Part shown: piece after piece, positions 41,830 to 51,469 of the stretch
Layout of the letters: each line of letters opens with the position of its first letter
Numbering within the stretch: position 1 is the stretch's first letter
NCBI GenBank assembly: GCA_015233145.1
Contig: JADFYI010000002.1
Span: 120,858-184,857, forward strand
Length of the DNA stretch: 64,000 nt
Direction of reading: 5' to 3'
Source of the DNA: Candidatus Omnitrophota bacterium
Lineage (GTDB): Bacteria > Omnitrophota > Gorgyraeia > Zapsychrales > Fredricksoniimonadaceae
Made by a program: the position numbers and the translations under genes
The notes under the pieces: model-generated
Seen by the model: only the letters and a program-made list of their open reading frames with translations
Told to the model about the DNA's origin: nothing
Databases searched by the model: none

Positions 41830-42851
41830 CAGTTCTCCTTTAATGACACAATAAGTTCATCCGGAGTGACAGCCGCGGCACCAACCTTCCCCACCACAAT
41901 ACCAGCTGCGTGGTTGGCCAGGTCAGCGGCCTCTCTTTTTCCTGCTCCTGCGGCCATGGCCAGGGTAAAGACAGAAATCACGGTGTCCCCTGCGCCGGAA
42001 ACATCAAACACCTCTTTGGCGCGTGTCGGAATATGAAAAGGATCTTTCCCGCTTTCAAAAAGGTACATTCCATCCTCCCCCAGGGTCACCAGGAGAGAAT
42101 CAATGCCAAGATATTTAAGAAGCCCCAGGCCAGCATTCTTCACAGCATCAAGGCTGTCAAGGGTTGTTGTTTTAATCAAAACAGCCTTGCGGGTCTCTGG
42201 CTCAAGGCTTTTTAAGGCATTCTCGGTTTCTTTACGGTTGGGAGTGATGGCTGTCACGGGCCCATAAAATTTCAAATTCTCGACCTTAGGGTCAACAACA
42301 ACCGGAATCCCGGATCTTGCGGCCATGGTGGCAACATCATTCAAAAGCTCGGGCTGCACAATGCCTTTTCCGTAGTCGGAAATAATCACGGCATCGAAAC
42401 TGTTAAAATGTTTATGAATAAAAGGAGCGACTGTGTTGCAATAAAAAGCCCCGTCAGAGTCATCTACAATTTTTTCCCGGTCAATGCGGACCACCTGCTG
42501 GCGATGGGCAATGATCCGTGTCTTTAAAATAGTATGTACCCTTTTATCAGCAAAAATGCCTTCTGTGCGGATCTTGCGCTGATCCAGAACCTCCTTAAGA
42601 GTTGCTCCTTCATGATCATGGCCAATTCGGCCGACCACGGTGACCTTGGCTTCAAGGCTGCTCAGATTGTTGGCCACATTCGCCGCACCTCCAGGAGTGA
42701 AAAAAGACTCTTCCTGGACCACAACCGGAACCGGAGCCTCAGGCGAAATGCGGCTGACACTGCCCTTGATATACTGGTCGAGCATCAAATCTCCGACCAC
42801 AAGGACGTGCTTATTCCGAAACTCATTAAGTATGGAAGTATATTTTTTCAT
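41829..42851 (-). CDS. hldA: D-glycero-beta-D-manno-heptose-7-phosphate kinase (RfaE domain I, stand-alone)
   Basis: 340 aa of the pfkB family. The N-terminus VLVVGDLMLDQYIKGSVSRISPEAPVPV is typical of the HldE kinase domain. No adenylyltransferase domain is present. Confidence 0.85.
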   Translation of the reverse strand: MKKYTSILNEFRNKHVLVVGDLMLDQYIKGSVSRISPEAPVPVVVQEESFFTPGGAANVANNLSSLEAKVTVVGRIGHDHEGATLKEVLDQRKIRTEGIFADKRVHTILKTRIIAHRQQVVRIDREKIVDDSDGAFYCNTVAPFIHKHFNSFDAVIISDYGKGIVQPELLNDVATMAARSGIPVVVDPKVENLKFYGPVTAITPNRKETENALKSLEPETRKAVLIKTTTLDSLDAVKNAGLGLLKYLGIDSLLVTLGEDGMYLFESGKDPFHIPTRAKEVFDVSGAGDTVISVFTLAMAAGAGKREAADLANHAAGIVVGKVGAAAVTPDELIVSLKEN

Positions 42852-42910
42852 ATATTATTTTTAATTATTATAAAAAGAAGGAATTATCGTAACATGGCAG
42901 GAAAAGAATG

Positions 42911-44569
42911 TCAACGCGAGAGACTATTTCTGTATTTTTCTGTCACTTTGAATTCCATATACCGGCCCAGCATAAGGCGTGTTTGAGCGTCCAGAGCCGG
43001 AATAGCGCTAAAAACCAGAATAACAACCGGTATGGCCAGCCAATCAAAAACATGGAGGATTTTCTGGGAAAAACGCTGCTCTGTCGTGCTTGTGGATAAT
43101 AAAGAAAAACTGATCACCATACAGGCCAATAACCCCACCAGAGAAAGGTCAAATATAATGCCTTTAATACGCGGCGCCATATAATACATGGTTGTGGTGG
43201 CAAACTCCCTGCCGGCAAAAATCGTGGGAAGCCATGTGATAAAGACCAATAAAAAAGACCATGTGGCCCACGATATAAACCCGTCAAATAATCTGATGGC
43301 AAACATCAATTTCTTATAAAACGAAATTTCTTTGGCTTGTAAAAAGGCCCTGATGACAATCGGAAGATTTTCAACCCCCCAGGCCCAACGGCGTTTTTGT
43401 TTGTAAATATTAAGAAACGTCTGCCATGCATTTTTACCGCTGGCAATGTCCATGGAAACTGTCACATAAATAGGAACGACCTGATAATGGCCGTCATAAT
43501 GGATAAACGATTTCCAGAATATGGCGGAATCATCTGAAATCATGTCCACCGGCCAATATCCAACCTCAACCAGGGCCTGAAAACTCATGCTGTGGCTTGA
43601 AAACGTGACAAGCTTCTCCGTATTGGTAGCCTCAACAAGCTGAAAAAATGACGTGCCGATATCAATAATCCTGGCAAAACTCGGCACTTCCCAAAGATTA
43701 TTATAGTAAACCGGGATGGGCTGGAAGCTTGCCCTGGTTCGATTCGGCGTTATCATAAAATAATAGGTCAGGCAAGCCAGGTATTCGGCATGAGCCACGG
43801 TATCCGCGTCAAAACAAGAAACAATAACATTGTTGTAATCAAAGCCCTTTTCACGAAAATAAACAGCGGCCTTTCTGCCTGCAAAAGTGGCATTGGCCCC
43901 CTTCACCTTTGCCTCACCCGGGATGTCACAAGGATGCTCAGCGACAATAAAATCCATAAAATTTGTCTGAAATTTCTTTTGGATCGCGTAAACATCATCT
44001 TTCACTTCCTGGGAAGAGTGCTCTTCAAGGGCAATCAGGAGCAAAACCCTTTTTGCAGGATAGATGCCGCTGGCAATGCTTTTTACGCTCGGCTCTATGA
44101 CCTGGCGAGTCTCTTTGGACACAGGCAAAATCACCAAATGATAAATGTCGGTTGACCGTGGAGGAAGAGACCCGCTGGCCTTAAGGGCCGCAAGCTGCCT
44201 TCGGCGGATCATGGCAGCGAACCCTGAACGCAGGCCCTCGGATGATAAAAAAGGTTCCAGGGCGTTTTCAGCCTCACGAAAACGATCAACTAAAGCGATG
44301 AACTTCATCCAGTCGGTGTTTTTCTCGACAGAAAGGCGGGCATAAGAAACAGCCAGAAAAAAATTGATATAAACAAGCCTGAAAACCCAGTATAAAACAA
44401 AGGCCACCATAATTCCGGCGGCAATAAAGGGCTTCACAACAGAAAGGACTGTCATACCCAGAATAATAAACCAGGAAATAGCACCAGGGAGAATTTCCAG
44501 AAAACGCTCAAGCCTGTTCTCTTTCTCAGAAAGATTGTTACGCGAATAATTAAATTTCATCCGTATCAT
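42911..44569 (-). CDS. membrane-embedded family-2 glycosyltransferase, processive beta-glycan synthase-like
   Basis: 552 aa with N- and C-terminal TM bundles. Motifs are CFDADT, ISDDSAIF and QKRRWAWG (QxxRW). Confidence 0.8.
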   Translation of the reverse strand: MIRMKFNYSRNNLSEKENRLERFLEILPGAISWFIILGMTVLSVVKPFIAAGIMVAFVLYWVFRLVYINFFLAVSYARLSVEKNTDWMKFIALVDRFREAENALEPFLSSEGLRSGFAAMIRRRQLAALKASGSLPPRSTDIYHLVILPVSKETRQVIEPSVKSIASGIYPAKRVLLLIALEEHSSQEVKDDVYAIQKKFQTNFMDFIVAEHPCDIPGEAKVKGANATFAGRKAAVYFREKGFDYNNVIVSCFDADTVAHAEYLACLTYYFMITPNRTRASFQPIPVYYNNLWEVPSFARIIDIGTSFFQLVEATNTEKLVTFSSHSMSFQALVEVGYWPVDMISDDSAIFWKSFIHYDGHYQVVPIYVTVSMDIASGKNAWQTFLNIYKQKRRWAWGVENLPIVIRAFLQAKEISFYKKLMFAIRLFDGFISWATWSFLLVFITWLPTIFAGREFATTTMYYMAPRIKGIIFDLSLVGLLACMVISFSLLSTSTTEQRFSQKILHVFDWLAIPVVILVFSAIPALDAQTRLMLGRYMEFKVTEKYRNSLSR

Positions 44570-45981
44570 TCATCCTTGTTTAACAATTGCTCGACTATAT
44601 TTTCCTTGGGGATCAGCTGAATTTTCCTAAACTGCCCTGCCTCATCCAGAAAATAAACACACCCCGTCTCATTGCTATAAAAAATCAACGATCCTTTCTT
44701 CACGGAAACAAGCGCTTCCCCGTGAAATCCGCTGACCGGCTCTGTTTCAAAGACATAAATTTTGTCATTGTCATTCACAATCACATAGGAAGCGTCCAAC
44801 GCCCAAAAGCACTGTTTAATGTCTTCGCCCCCCTGGTAAACCTGCCGGAACTTCCATTCCTTGATGCCGCTCTGACCAGCTACAAATTTGGCCGAAAACA
44901 CGGCTCCGGCTGTCCATACCAGAAGAGATTTTGAGCGTTCATGATACTTAATCCCCAGGACACCCTTGTCCATCAGCTGATAGGGGGCAGAATTCGTGAT
45001 CAGCCGACCATCTTCCCCCTGGAGAAAAACAAGATCATCCGGATAAATCATAATATTGAAGAAAACATTTTTCCCCAACGCCGAGGTATCCATGCGCTTG
45101 TTTTCCAGGAAAGATTCCGGCTTGGTTTTTTCATGGTCATACTTGGTAAAAACATTTTCGTTGGAGACAAGAAATATTTTATTGTTGTGAAACCCGCAGC
45201 CTTTGACGTCTTCCAGGTATCTGGGATAAAAAGCAGAAGTCCCGACATCAATGCGGTCGATATAATTGGCATAAACAGGGAAAAGGTCATTGCTGCTCGC
45301 GGGATCCCACTTTATTAACAACGGATCTTTGGAAAATAATTTTGTGATATCCGAAATAACCGGAACGTCCCCTTTCATATCCACAAAAAGGTATTTTCTT
45401 TCCCACAGCCCGCCGCCATAGAGAATAAAGACCTTGCTGTCATCCTCATGAAAGACTGACAAAACCGGAAACCCGTACCATGCCGATGAGTGATCCGCGA
45501 GAGGAAAATGTTTATTTGTTTTCCAGTTGTGCAATTGAAAACTTCCCAGATTAACATCCTGGGCCGTAAGGATAAAATCCGTGCCCGTGAGCGGCCTTAA
45601 TTGCCGGAATGTTCCTGCCATAAAAATCGAAGGGGACAAATCTTTAGGAATCAAAAGGATCTTGTCAAACGCTGTTGCCTTTCCAGGGCTCACTGCAACC
45701 TGTTTACCCCATGTCCTGTAACCCGGCAAATCCAGGGTGACATGATACTGGCCGGGATGCAGTTCGTTGATATTCGTCGGGGTCTTTTGAACAAACCGGC
45801 TGTGCTCCAAATAAACGCTGGCGCCAGCAGGAATGGTGGACAAATGAATCAGCCCTGTCTGCTCAACCTCCCGAGTCAGGGGGTTGATGGTATACCCCAG
45901 GGCAAATAATAATAAGACCGGGCACACGATAAAATACAGCACGACAAGACAATAAAATATAATCCGGCGCAAAAGAAGCAT
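44566..45981 (-). CDS. PEGA-domain membrane-anchored protein with large uncharacterised C-terminal domain
   Basis: 471 aa with an N-terminal TM. The PEGA-like segment is IPAGASVYL...PGQYHVTLDLPGYRTW. It has a 4 nt overlap with the GT2 gene. Confidence 0.7.
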   Translation of the reverse strand: MLLLRRIIFYCLVVLYFIVCPVLLLFALGYTINPLTREVEQTGLIHLSTIPAGASVYLEHSRFVQKTPTNINELHPGQYHVTLDLPGYRTWGKQVAVSPGKATAFDKILLIPKDLSPSIFMAGTFRQLRPLTGTDFILTAQDVNLGSFQLHNWKTNKHFPLADHSSAWYGFPVLSVFHEDDSKVFILYGGGLWERKYLFVDMKGDVPVISDITKLFSKDPLLIKWDPASSNDLFPVYANYIDRIDVGTSAFYPRYLEDVKGCGFHNNKIFLVSNENVFTKYDHEKTKPESFLENKRMDTSALGKNVFFNIMIYPDDLVFLQGEDGRLITNSAPYQLMDKGVLGIKYHERSKSLLVWTAGAVFSAKFVAGQSGIKEWKFRQVYQGGEDIKQCFWALDASYVIVNDNDKIYVFETEPVSGFHGEALVSVKKGSLIFYSNETGCVYFLDEAGQFRKIQLIPKENIVEQLLNKDE

Positions 45982-45982
45982 T

Positions 45983-46504
45983 TTAAAGTTTCTTCTCCAA
46001 AAGCAGTTTTTCCATTAACCAGTCATCGGCCCAAAATCCGCCACCCAGATCCTTCATATCTGATGCCGCTTTAACAAACCCCATTCTTACATAAAAGTCA
46101 ATTGTCGCGGCGTTTCTTTTATTCACATTCAATGACAAGGCCTTTAGATTCATTGATCGGGCCATGTCTTCAACAAACCCAAGCATCTCACGGCCAAACC
46201 CCTGTCCCCGGTAACGGGCCAAAAGATACAATTTGCTTAAAAAAAGCGAAGCTCCTTTTCCCTCTGGAACCACTGATAAATAACCGATATTATTCTTCTC
46301 AAAAACAACAAGAAAATACAGCGCCCCGTCTTCAATCTGTTTTTTAATGGCACCCGCTGATTGAAACTGCGCCAGCATATACTGAACCTGCTCAGGGCCG
46401 ATAATGGGCAAAAAATGCTCAGGCCAAATCTCCCGGGCCAGGCACTCAACATTGTTGATGCCTGTATTATCCGCAACCTTTATAAATGATGCCCTTAACG
46501 CCAT
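45983..46504 (-). CDS. GNAT family N-acetyltransferase
   Basis: 173 aa with the acetyl-CoA site RYRGQGFGREML. Confidence 0.8.
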   Translation of the reverse strand: MALRASFIKVADNTGINNVECLAREIWPEHFLPIIGPEQVQYMLAQFQSAGAIKKQIEDGALYFLVVFEKNNIGYLSVVPEGKGASLFLSKLYLLARYRGQGFGREMLGFVEDMARSMNLKALSLNVNKRNAATIDFYVRMGFVKAASDMKDLGGGFWADDWLMEKLLLEKKL

Positions 46505-46523
46505 GCCCCCTCCTCATTTCAAA

Positions 46524-46940
46524 TCAATGATGAGATAATGCCGGAGGCGCCGGACGGTCCAAAACCCTTGCATTCTCTAAAACCTTTGTTTCTTTTTGAT
46601 CCTGATCAATCTTTCCGGAAATATAAGCCCTTATCCTTTGGCCAGCCAAAAGTTTGGGTGCTTGAGAAGTTAAAATCTCCACATTGGCCTGTGTGGAGGC
46701 GTCATATTCCGTATTGCATGAGAAATCTTTATAAAGCACCGGATCCCCTTCACGCACCTGCCCAAGGACAGACATGACCAAAATATCCACTTTCCCGCTG
46801 GAATAAGAGCGAAGAACCCTGGCCGTCACTTCGCAGGCCGGAGTTACGATTGCAGGGCTCGAAGTGTCTGAATCTGCCCGAAGAGGGCTCGTAAACACAA
46901 AAGAAAAAAGCATCATCAAAAACACTGATCGCATATTCAT
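46524..46940 (-). CDS. secreted hypothetical protein
   Basis: 138 aa with the signal peptide MNMRSVFLMMLFSFVFTSPLRA. No family recognised. Confidence 0.55.
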   Translation of the reverse strand: MNMRSVFLMMLFSFVFTSPLRADSDTSSPAIVTPACEVTARVLRSYSSGKVDILVMSVLGQVREGDPVLYKDFSCNTEYDASTQANVEILTSQAPKLLAGQRIRAYISGKIDQDQKETKVLENARVLDRPAPPALSHH

Positions 46941-47272
46941 TTTCTTGTCCTTTTTATCTTCCTATTCACTTTTCCATGGCCCAAGACCAAAATGTCTTTT
47001 TCTTTTCTTGTTAACCTCTTGATCCGGCATTCTTCGGCAAATGCTGATTTATAATAGCAAAATTTTCTGGCATAAACCAGGCAAAATGGCCGCCGGGCAC
47101 GGACATATTTTGAACCCTTCCCAGACTCGTGAAGTTTCAAACGAATTTTAAGATTATTGGTATATCCTGTGTAGAACGAGCCGTCCGCGCACTCTAAAAT
47201 ATAGACAGCAAACCGGCCTTTACGAATAAACTTCCGTTTCACCTTTTTTAAAAAAATTTTTCTTTTTCTCAC
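46937..47272 (-). CDS. GIY-YIG domain protein (UPF0213/YhbQ-like) with basic N- and C-terminal tails
   Basis: 111 aa. The segment FAVYILECADGSFYTGYTNNLKIRLKLH carries the GIY-YIG core. It has 4 nt overlaps with both neighbours. Confidence 0.8.
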   Translation of the reverse strand: MRKRKIFLKKVKRKFIRKGRFAVYILECADGSFYTGYTNNLKIRLKLHESGKGSKYVRARRPFCLVYARKFCYYKSAFAEECRIKRLTRKEKDILVLGHGKVNRKIKRTRK

Positions 47273-48951
47273 AGCCCCGTCGCTTTGGCTTGGACCCGGA
47301 CAATATACTCATCCCCTATGACCTTAAGCAAGTCACATTGAAGCCCCATACCCAAAGCAACTCGCTTGATTTCATTATAATAGGTACGGTTAACCAAAGC
47401 ATAAGAAATGGCCTGACTTCTTAAGAAATCTTTCAGTTTTTCTTCGGCATTTAAAGTCACGACAGGATGCGGGCTGAAAAAATTGGAGCCATTGGCATTG
47501 ATGACCGCAACATTTTTATCCGTATACAGACTGACCCCGCGAAGAAACATCTTGGAGCAAATAACAATATTATTGACTGAATAATTCTTGGCTAAATACT
47601 GCGCAGCATTTTTACTGGAAACATAATCCCCGAAATGCTGATATGAACCCAGGGCCACCATGAGAATCAAAAGAGGCTGTGCAGCCAGAAAATACACCCC
47701 CGCTCGATACTTTTTCTTAAAAAGAAAAAAGAGCCCTGTGGAAAATAAAACAATATAAAAAGCGGCCACGCCCAAAACCTTGACCGGTGAAGGAAGATAA
47801 ACCGGATACTTCCAAAGGCCGATGAGAAGAATTATAGGGATAACAAAAAAGAAAATCCCTGTAGCCTTAAAAAGCCGCCCGATAGTTTTTCCTTTTTCAT
47901 GGCGCAGGAACGTGTCTATATAATCTCCGGCCAAAATGCCCATGGCAGGAAAAAGCGGGAGGATATAACTCACAAGCTTGGAATGGGCGATTTGAAAGAC
48001 CACAAAAACAACAGCAATCCATATCAAACAAAATTGTTCAACAGCCAGAAGGCTTTCTTTATTCTTTAGACGGGACGCAAACCAAACGAAAGCGGCGCCC
48101 ATAAAAAAAGTCCAGGGAAACATGCAGCCCAGCATGGACAAAGGGTAAAAATAAAATTTATCATTCGAACGATGTTCCGCGATAATAAGGCGGCGCCAGT
48201 GGTCGTTATAAAAAAATTCGTGCGTAAAAAAAACGCCGTATTTTTTAATCACAAAAACATACCAGGGCAAAGCCACACCCCAAAAAAGAAGAAACCCGGC
48301 CAACACCGCAGGGCATAATAAAAAACGCAGTTCCTTACGGCAAAAAAGGAAAATAGCCACAACAAACGCCGGCAAAACCAACCCCAAAGGCCCTTTTGTA
48401 AGCACAGCAAGCCCGGCAAAAAGAAAAGCGAGAACAATTCCCCATGTTTTCCTCGCAGGAACCTGGTAAGCCCAGAAAAATGCTGCCAGAGAAAAAAGCA
48501 TTGAAACCGAGAAAATCATATCCGTAAAAACCGTGCGCCCCATTCCTATGTAAAAAACAGATGACATGAGGATCAGTGCCGAGAGAAACGCCTTGCGCCG
48601 GTCACCAAATCCTAAGCATGCCATCCAGTAAACCAAAAGCACGCCAAGGCCGGCAAAAAAAGCCGGAAAAAAACGCGCGGAAAAATTTGTTTCTCCGAAA
48701 AGAAGAAAACTGACCCGCAAAAACCAGTAAACGCCGATGGGCTTTTCAAATTGGGGCTGGTCAAAAAGATAAGGCACGTTCCAGGAAGCCTTCTGCACCA
48801 TTTCCCTTGCGGTCTGGACATAAAAGACCTCATCGGGATTGGTAAGGTCCATGACATTATTGCCGGCAAAAAAGAATGCCCCTGACAAAAGGACTAACAA
48901 AACGATATTCCTCAACCCATCCCCTTGTGCTTTTAAAAATTTTTCCATCAT
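47269..48951 (-). CDS. GT-C fold glycosyltransferase, ArnT/PMT (family 39/83)-like
   Basis: 560 aa with about 12 TM helices. The N-terminal loop motif is DEVFYVQTAREM ... FEKPIGVYW. Confidence 0.8.
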   Translation of the reverse strand: MMEKFLKAQGDGLRNIVLLVLLSGAFFFAGNNVMDLTNPDEVFYVQTAREMVQKASWNVPYLFDQPQFEKPIGVYWFLRVSFLLFGETNFSARFFPAFFAGLGVLLVYWMACLGFGDRRKAFLSALILMSSVFYIGMGRTVFTDMIFSVSMLFSLAAFFWAYQVPARKTWGIVLAFLFAGLAVLTKGPLGLVLPAFVVAIFLFCRKELRFLLCPAVLAGFLLFWGVALPWYVFVIKKYGVFFTHEFFYNDHWRRLIIAEHRSNDKFYFYPLSMLGCMFPWTFFMGAAFVWFASRLKNKESLLAVEQFCLIWIAVVFVVFQIAHSKLVSYILPLFPAMGILAGDYIDTFLRHEKGKTIGRLFKATGIFFFVIPIILLIGLWKYPVYLPSPVKVLGVAAFYIVLFSTGLFFLFKKKYRAGVYFLAAQPLLILMVALGSYQHFGDYVSSKNAAQYLAKNYSVNNIVICSKMFLRGVSLYTDKNVAVINANGSNFFSPHPVVTLNAEEKLKDFLRSQAISYALVNRTYYNEIKRVALGMGLQCDLLKVIGDEYIVRVQAKATGL

Positions 48952-49619
48952 AGTTTTTTCCCGTAAACAGTTGATATAACCTTCTCGGGCATGACATGAG
49001 AAAAATATGTGCGCGGCGACTGAAATAAAATTTCAAAACCATTCTTGCAAAAAAAGGCCTCTGCCCGTAAAGACATGGAAGCCATCCGGACACCAGGAAC
49101 CGCAGCTTTTTTCAAATAGGCAAGATACGTTTCAATAAGGCTGGTCCCGGCGCCATAAGCGCGCGCGTTTTCCGAAAGGTTGATATGCAGTGTGGCCGGG
49201 TATTTTTGATAAAAATCAGGAGTAAAAAATTCGCCGCGCACAAAAGAAAGAAAAAGACGGCCCAGCAAAGCCCAATTTTTTGCCTTTCCCCAAAACCCGG
49301 AAACAATAGACCGCCAGAAAACCGGCCCTAAAATTTTTGTAACAAAAACGCGCTCCATAGGATGCGTATCTTTGGCCCCTGAAATATATCCGACAACTTC
49401 TCCGGACCGTTCTGCGACAAATAAAGACTCTGGCTCATAATCTGTAAAATAAAGCGTCAACAGATCCGCAAGGATTTCATCGCCTTCTAAAAAAAGATTC
49501 GCTGGCCGGCCCATGAGTGCCGTTGCAACCGCAATGCGCCGCACAGCCTCACGGTCGCTGGCCGCATAAGAACGAATCAGGATTTCCTGCCCCATAACTT
49601 TTTCCTCCCCACCTTCCAC
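48948..49619 (-). CDS. GNAT family acetyltransferase
   Basis: 223 aa with GNAT-like core strands. The start is uncertain (alternative M9). Confidence 0.65.
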   Translation of the reverse strand: MEGGEEKVMGQEILIRSYAASDREAVRRIAVATALMGRPANLFLEGDEILADLLTLYFTDYEPESLFVAERSGEVVGYISGAKDTHPMERVFVTKILGPVFWRSIVSGFWGKAKNWALLGRLFLSFVRGEFFTPDFYQKYPATLHINLSENARAYGAGTSLIETYLAYLKKAAVPGVRMASMSLRAEAFFCKNGFEILFQSPRTYFSHVMPEKVISTVYGKKL

Positions 49620-50056
49620 AATGTCATACCGGCGTAAATCGTTACAAAAAGAAAAAGGCCTGTCAAAAGCGCCAGCACAAAGCTGCCTGTAAAAAGCACC
49701 ACAAGAAATTCGCCTAATTTTTGAAAATGAAAATTGCGGAAATAATCCAGTGACAACGATGGCAGCGAAGGATTAAGAATCCGGCGGCCGATGTCATAAC
49801 CTGCCCAGGTAATGAACGGCACCGTGGGCGGCAAAGAAACATTGGTCCCCAAAAGAACAGCAGCCTTGTTGACGCGCGGAATCAAAAAAGCCAGCATCAC
49901 CGCAAGAATAGTATGAAAGCCGTAAAGGGGCAAAATCACCACAAAAGCGCCCACGGAAAAGCCCAGGGCAATCCCGAATGGTGACGCATTCTCCTTTAAA
50001 AGCCTTGCCGCCGCCGCTTTTAAACGCGGCCATAAATCCAACTTTGCCATAAACAT
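49577..50056 (-). CDS. DUF2062-family membrane protein
   Basis: 159 aa. The segment SPFGIALGFSVGAFVVILPLYGFHTILAV is typical of DUF2062. Confidence 0.7.
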   Translation of the reverse strand: MFMAKLDLWPRLKAAAARLLKENASPFGIALGFSVGAFVVILPLYGFHTILAVMLAFLIPRVNKAAVLLGTNVSLPPTVPFITWAGYDIGRRILNPSLPSLSLDYFRNFHFQKLGEFLVVLFTGSFVLALLTGLFLFVTIYAGMTLWKVGRKKLWGRKS

Positions 50057-50061
50057 AATTT

Positions 50062-51453
50062 CTATTGAAAACTGAGGGCTAAAACACGCCAGGCTGTTTC
50101 ATCCAGTGCAAGATCATATAATGACGTCTTCGCGGAACTTAAAATCCGGTCAGGATTTCCAAGAAAAGACAACGGGATCTTGAACAAAAGCGTCTTGTTT
50201 TTTGATTCAAACTCCACTTCCTTGCTGGGGAGCCTCTTCAATTTATCATGAATAATAAGACCATCCAGCCGATAATTCAGAGTCACTTTAGGCATTTGGG
50301 AAAACGGCGTAGCCTTGCTATAGGGCAGCAAATAAAGCATGACGCCCAGTTCTTTGTCAATTTCTCTCTTTAAAGTCAGGCGGACAAGAAGCTTGTCTTT
50401 TTGCAAAGCATATTCCAAAGAAGAAATCTGGTCTGAATGAGCAGGCTCTTTTAAAGAAGTTTGGGGAATAACGCTGGAGGCATCTGTCCATTGGACTTGA
50501 TCTCCTAGCTGATTGGCTAATGGAATGGGAGAATAATCCCCAAAATCCTCATTCTTACGGGCAAATGTTACAAGATAGTTAGGCGCATATTTAATTTGCG
50601 ACTGGTACAATTCAATCGAATTCTTTTTTCTTTGAACTTCCACACGGGAAAGATCAAGTTTTTTCCATCCGATCTCGCTCTCTTTAAGGTCTGGCGGGAC
50701 ATCAAGCGCAAGCTCCGGATGATACCCTCGCGGCTTTGGCCAGCCGACAACGTGAATAATATAAGGGTCGATTTCCGGTGAAGGAATTTTCCCTTCAAGG
50801 TCCCATAAGGCAATCCTGGTAAAAAGATAAAGCGCGCGATGGTCCCGGTTGACATCCGCAGGATGGGAAACAACAACCCTTGTGGGGCGAAAATCAAAAA
50901 TAACTTTCTCGAGATCCGTGAGTACGCTTTCCCCCACATAAGGGACATTTAAAGACAGTGCCGTGGCATAAGGAACCTGTCGGACCCGTGAAAGCATGCT
51001 CTTAAAAGGCTTGGCACTGCTCCCCCAGTATTTCAGCAAAACTTCCATGGTCCCAAAATCAGGGAATCCCAAAGAAACAATATCACCCGGATCCAGCCCC
51101 AAATACTCCATGGCAGCCAGGGATTCCTCACGGCGCACTTCTCCCAGGCGCAAAAATTCTTTTTTGCGGAAAACAATCCTTTTTTCATAAACAATGAAAG
51201 CAAACTCGTTATTTTCCCCATAAGTGAGGAGCACAACTTTGACTTTGGCCCCGGCCTTGATGGCCTGCTGGATCAGCCCGCCGGCGCCAATGGTCTCGTC
51301 ATCCGGATGAGGGGCCAAAACCAGAATACGGTCGTTGCTGGTGATGGGAGACAATTCTTTTTCCGGTTGCCCCTGGGCCCAGGGTCCCAGAATCAAAAGA
51401 AAAGAAAAAGCAGTCAAAAAACTGCGGATATTTTTTTGAAAATCCAACGTCAC
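50062..51453 (-). CDS. exported PIG-L/LmbE-family de-N-acetylase with extra C-terminal domain
   Basis: 463 aa with an N-terminal signal-like segment, the PIG-L motif LVLAPHPDDETIGAGG, and about 200 aa of unassigned C-terminus. Confidence 0.8.
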   Translation of the reverse strand: MTLDFQKNIRSFLTAFSFLLILGPWAQGQPEKELSPITSNDRILVLAPHPDDETIGAGGLIQQAIKAGAKVKVVLLTYGENNEFAFIVYEKRIVFRKKEFLRLGEVRREESLAAMEYLGLDPGDIVSLGFPDFGTMEVLLKYWGSSAKPFKSMLSRVRQVPYATALSLNVPYVGESVLTDLEKVIFDFRPTRVVVSHPADVNRDHRALYLFTRIALWDLEGKIPSPEIDPYIIHVVGWPKPRGYHPELALDVPPDLKESEIGWKKLDLSRVEVQRKKNSIELYQSQIKYAPNYLVTFARKNEDFGDYSPIPLANQLGDQVQWTDASSVIPQTSLKEPAHSDQISSLEYALQKDKLLVRLTLKREIDKELGVMLYLLPYSKATPFSQMPKVTLNYRLDGLIIHDKLKRLPSKEVEFESKNKTLLFKIPLSFLGNPDRILSSAKTSLYDLALDETAWRVLALSFQ

Positions 51454-51469
51454 TTAAACTCCCTCAAAA

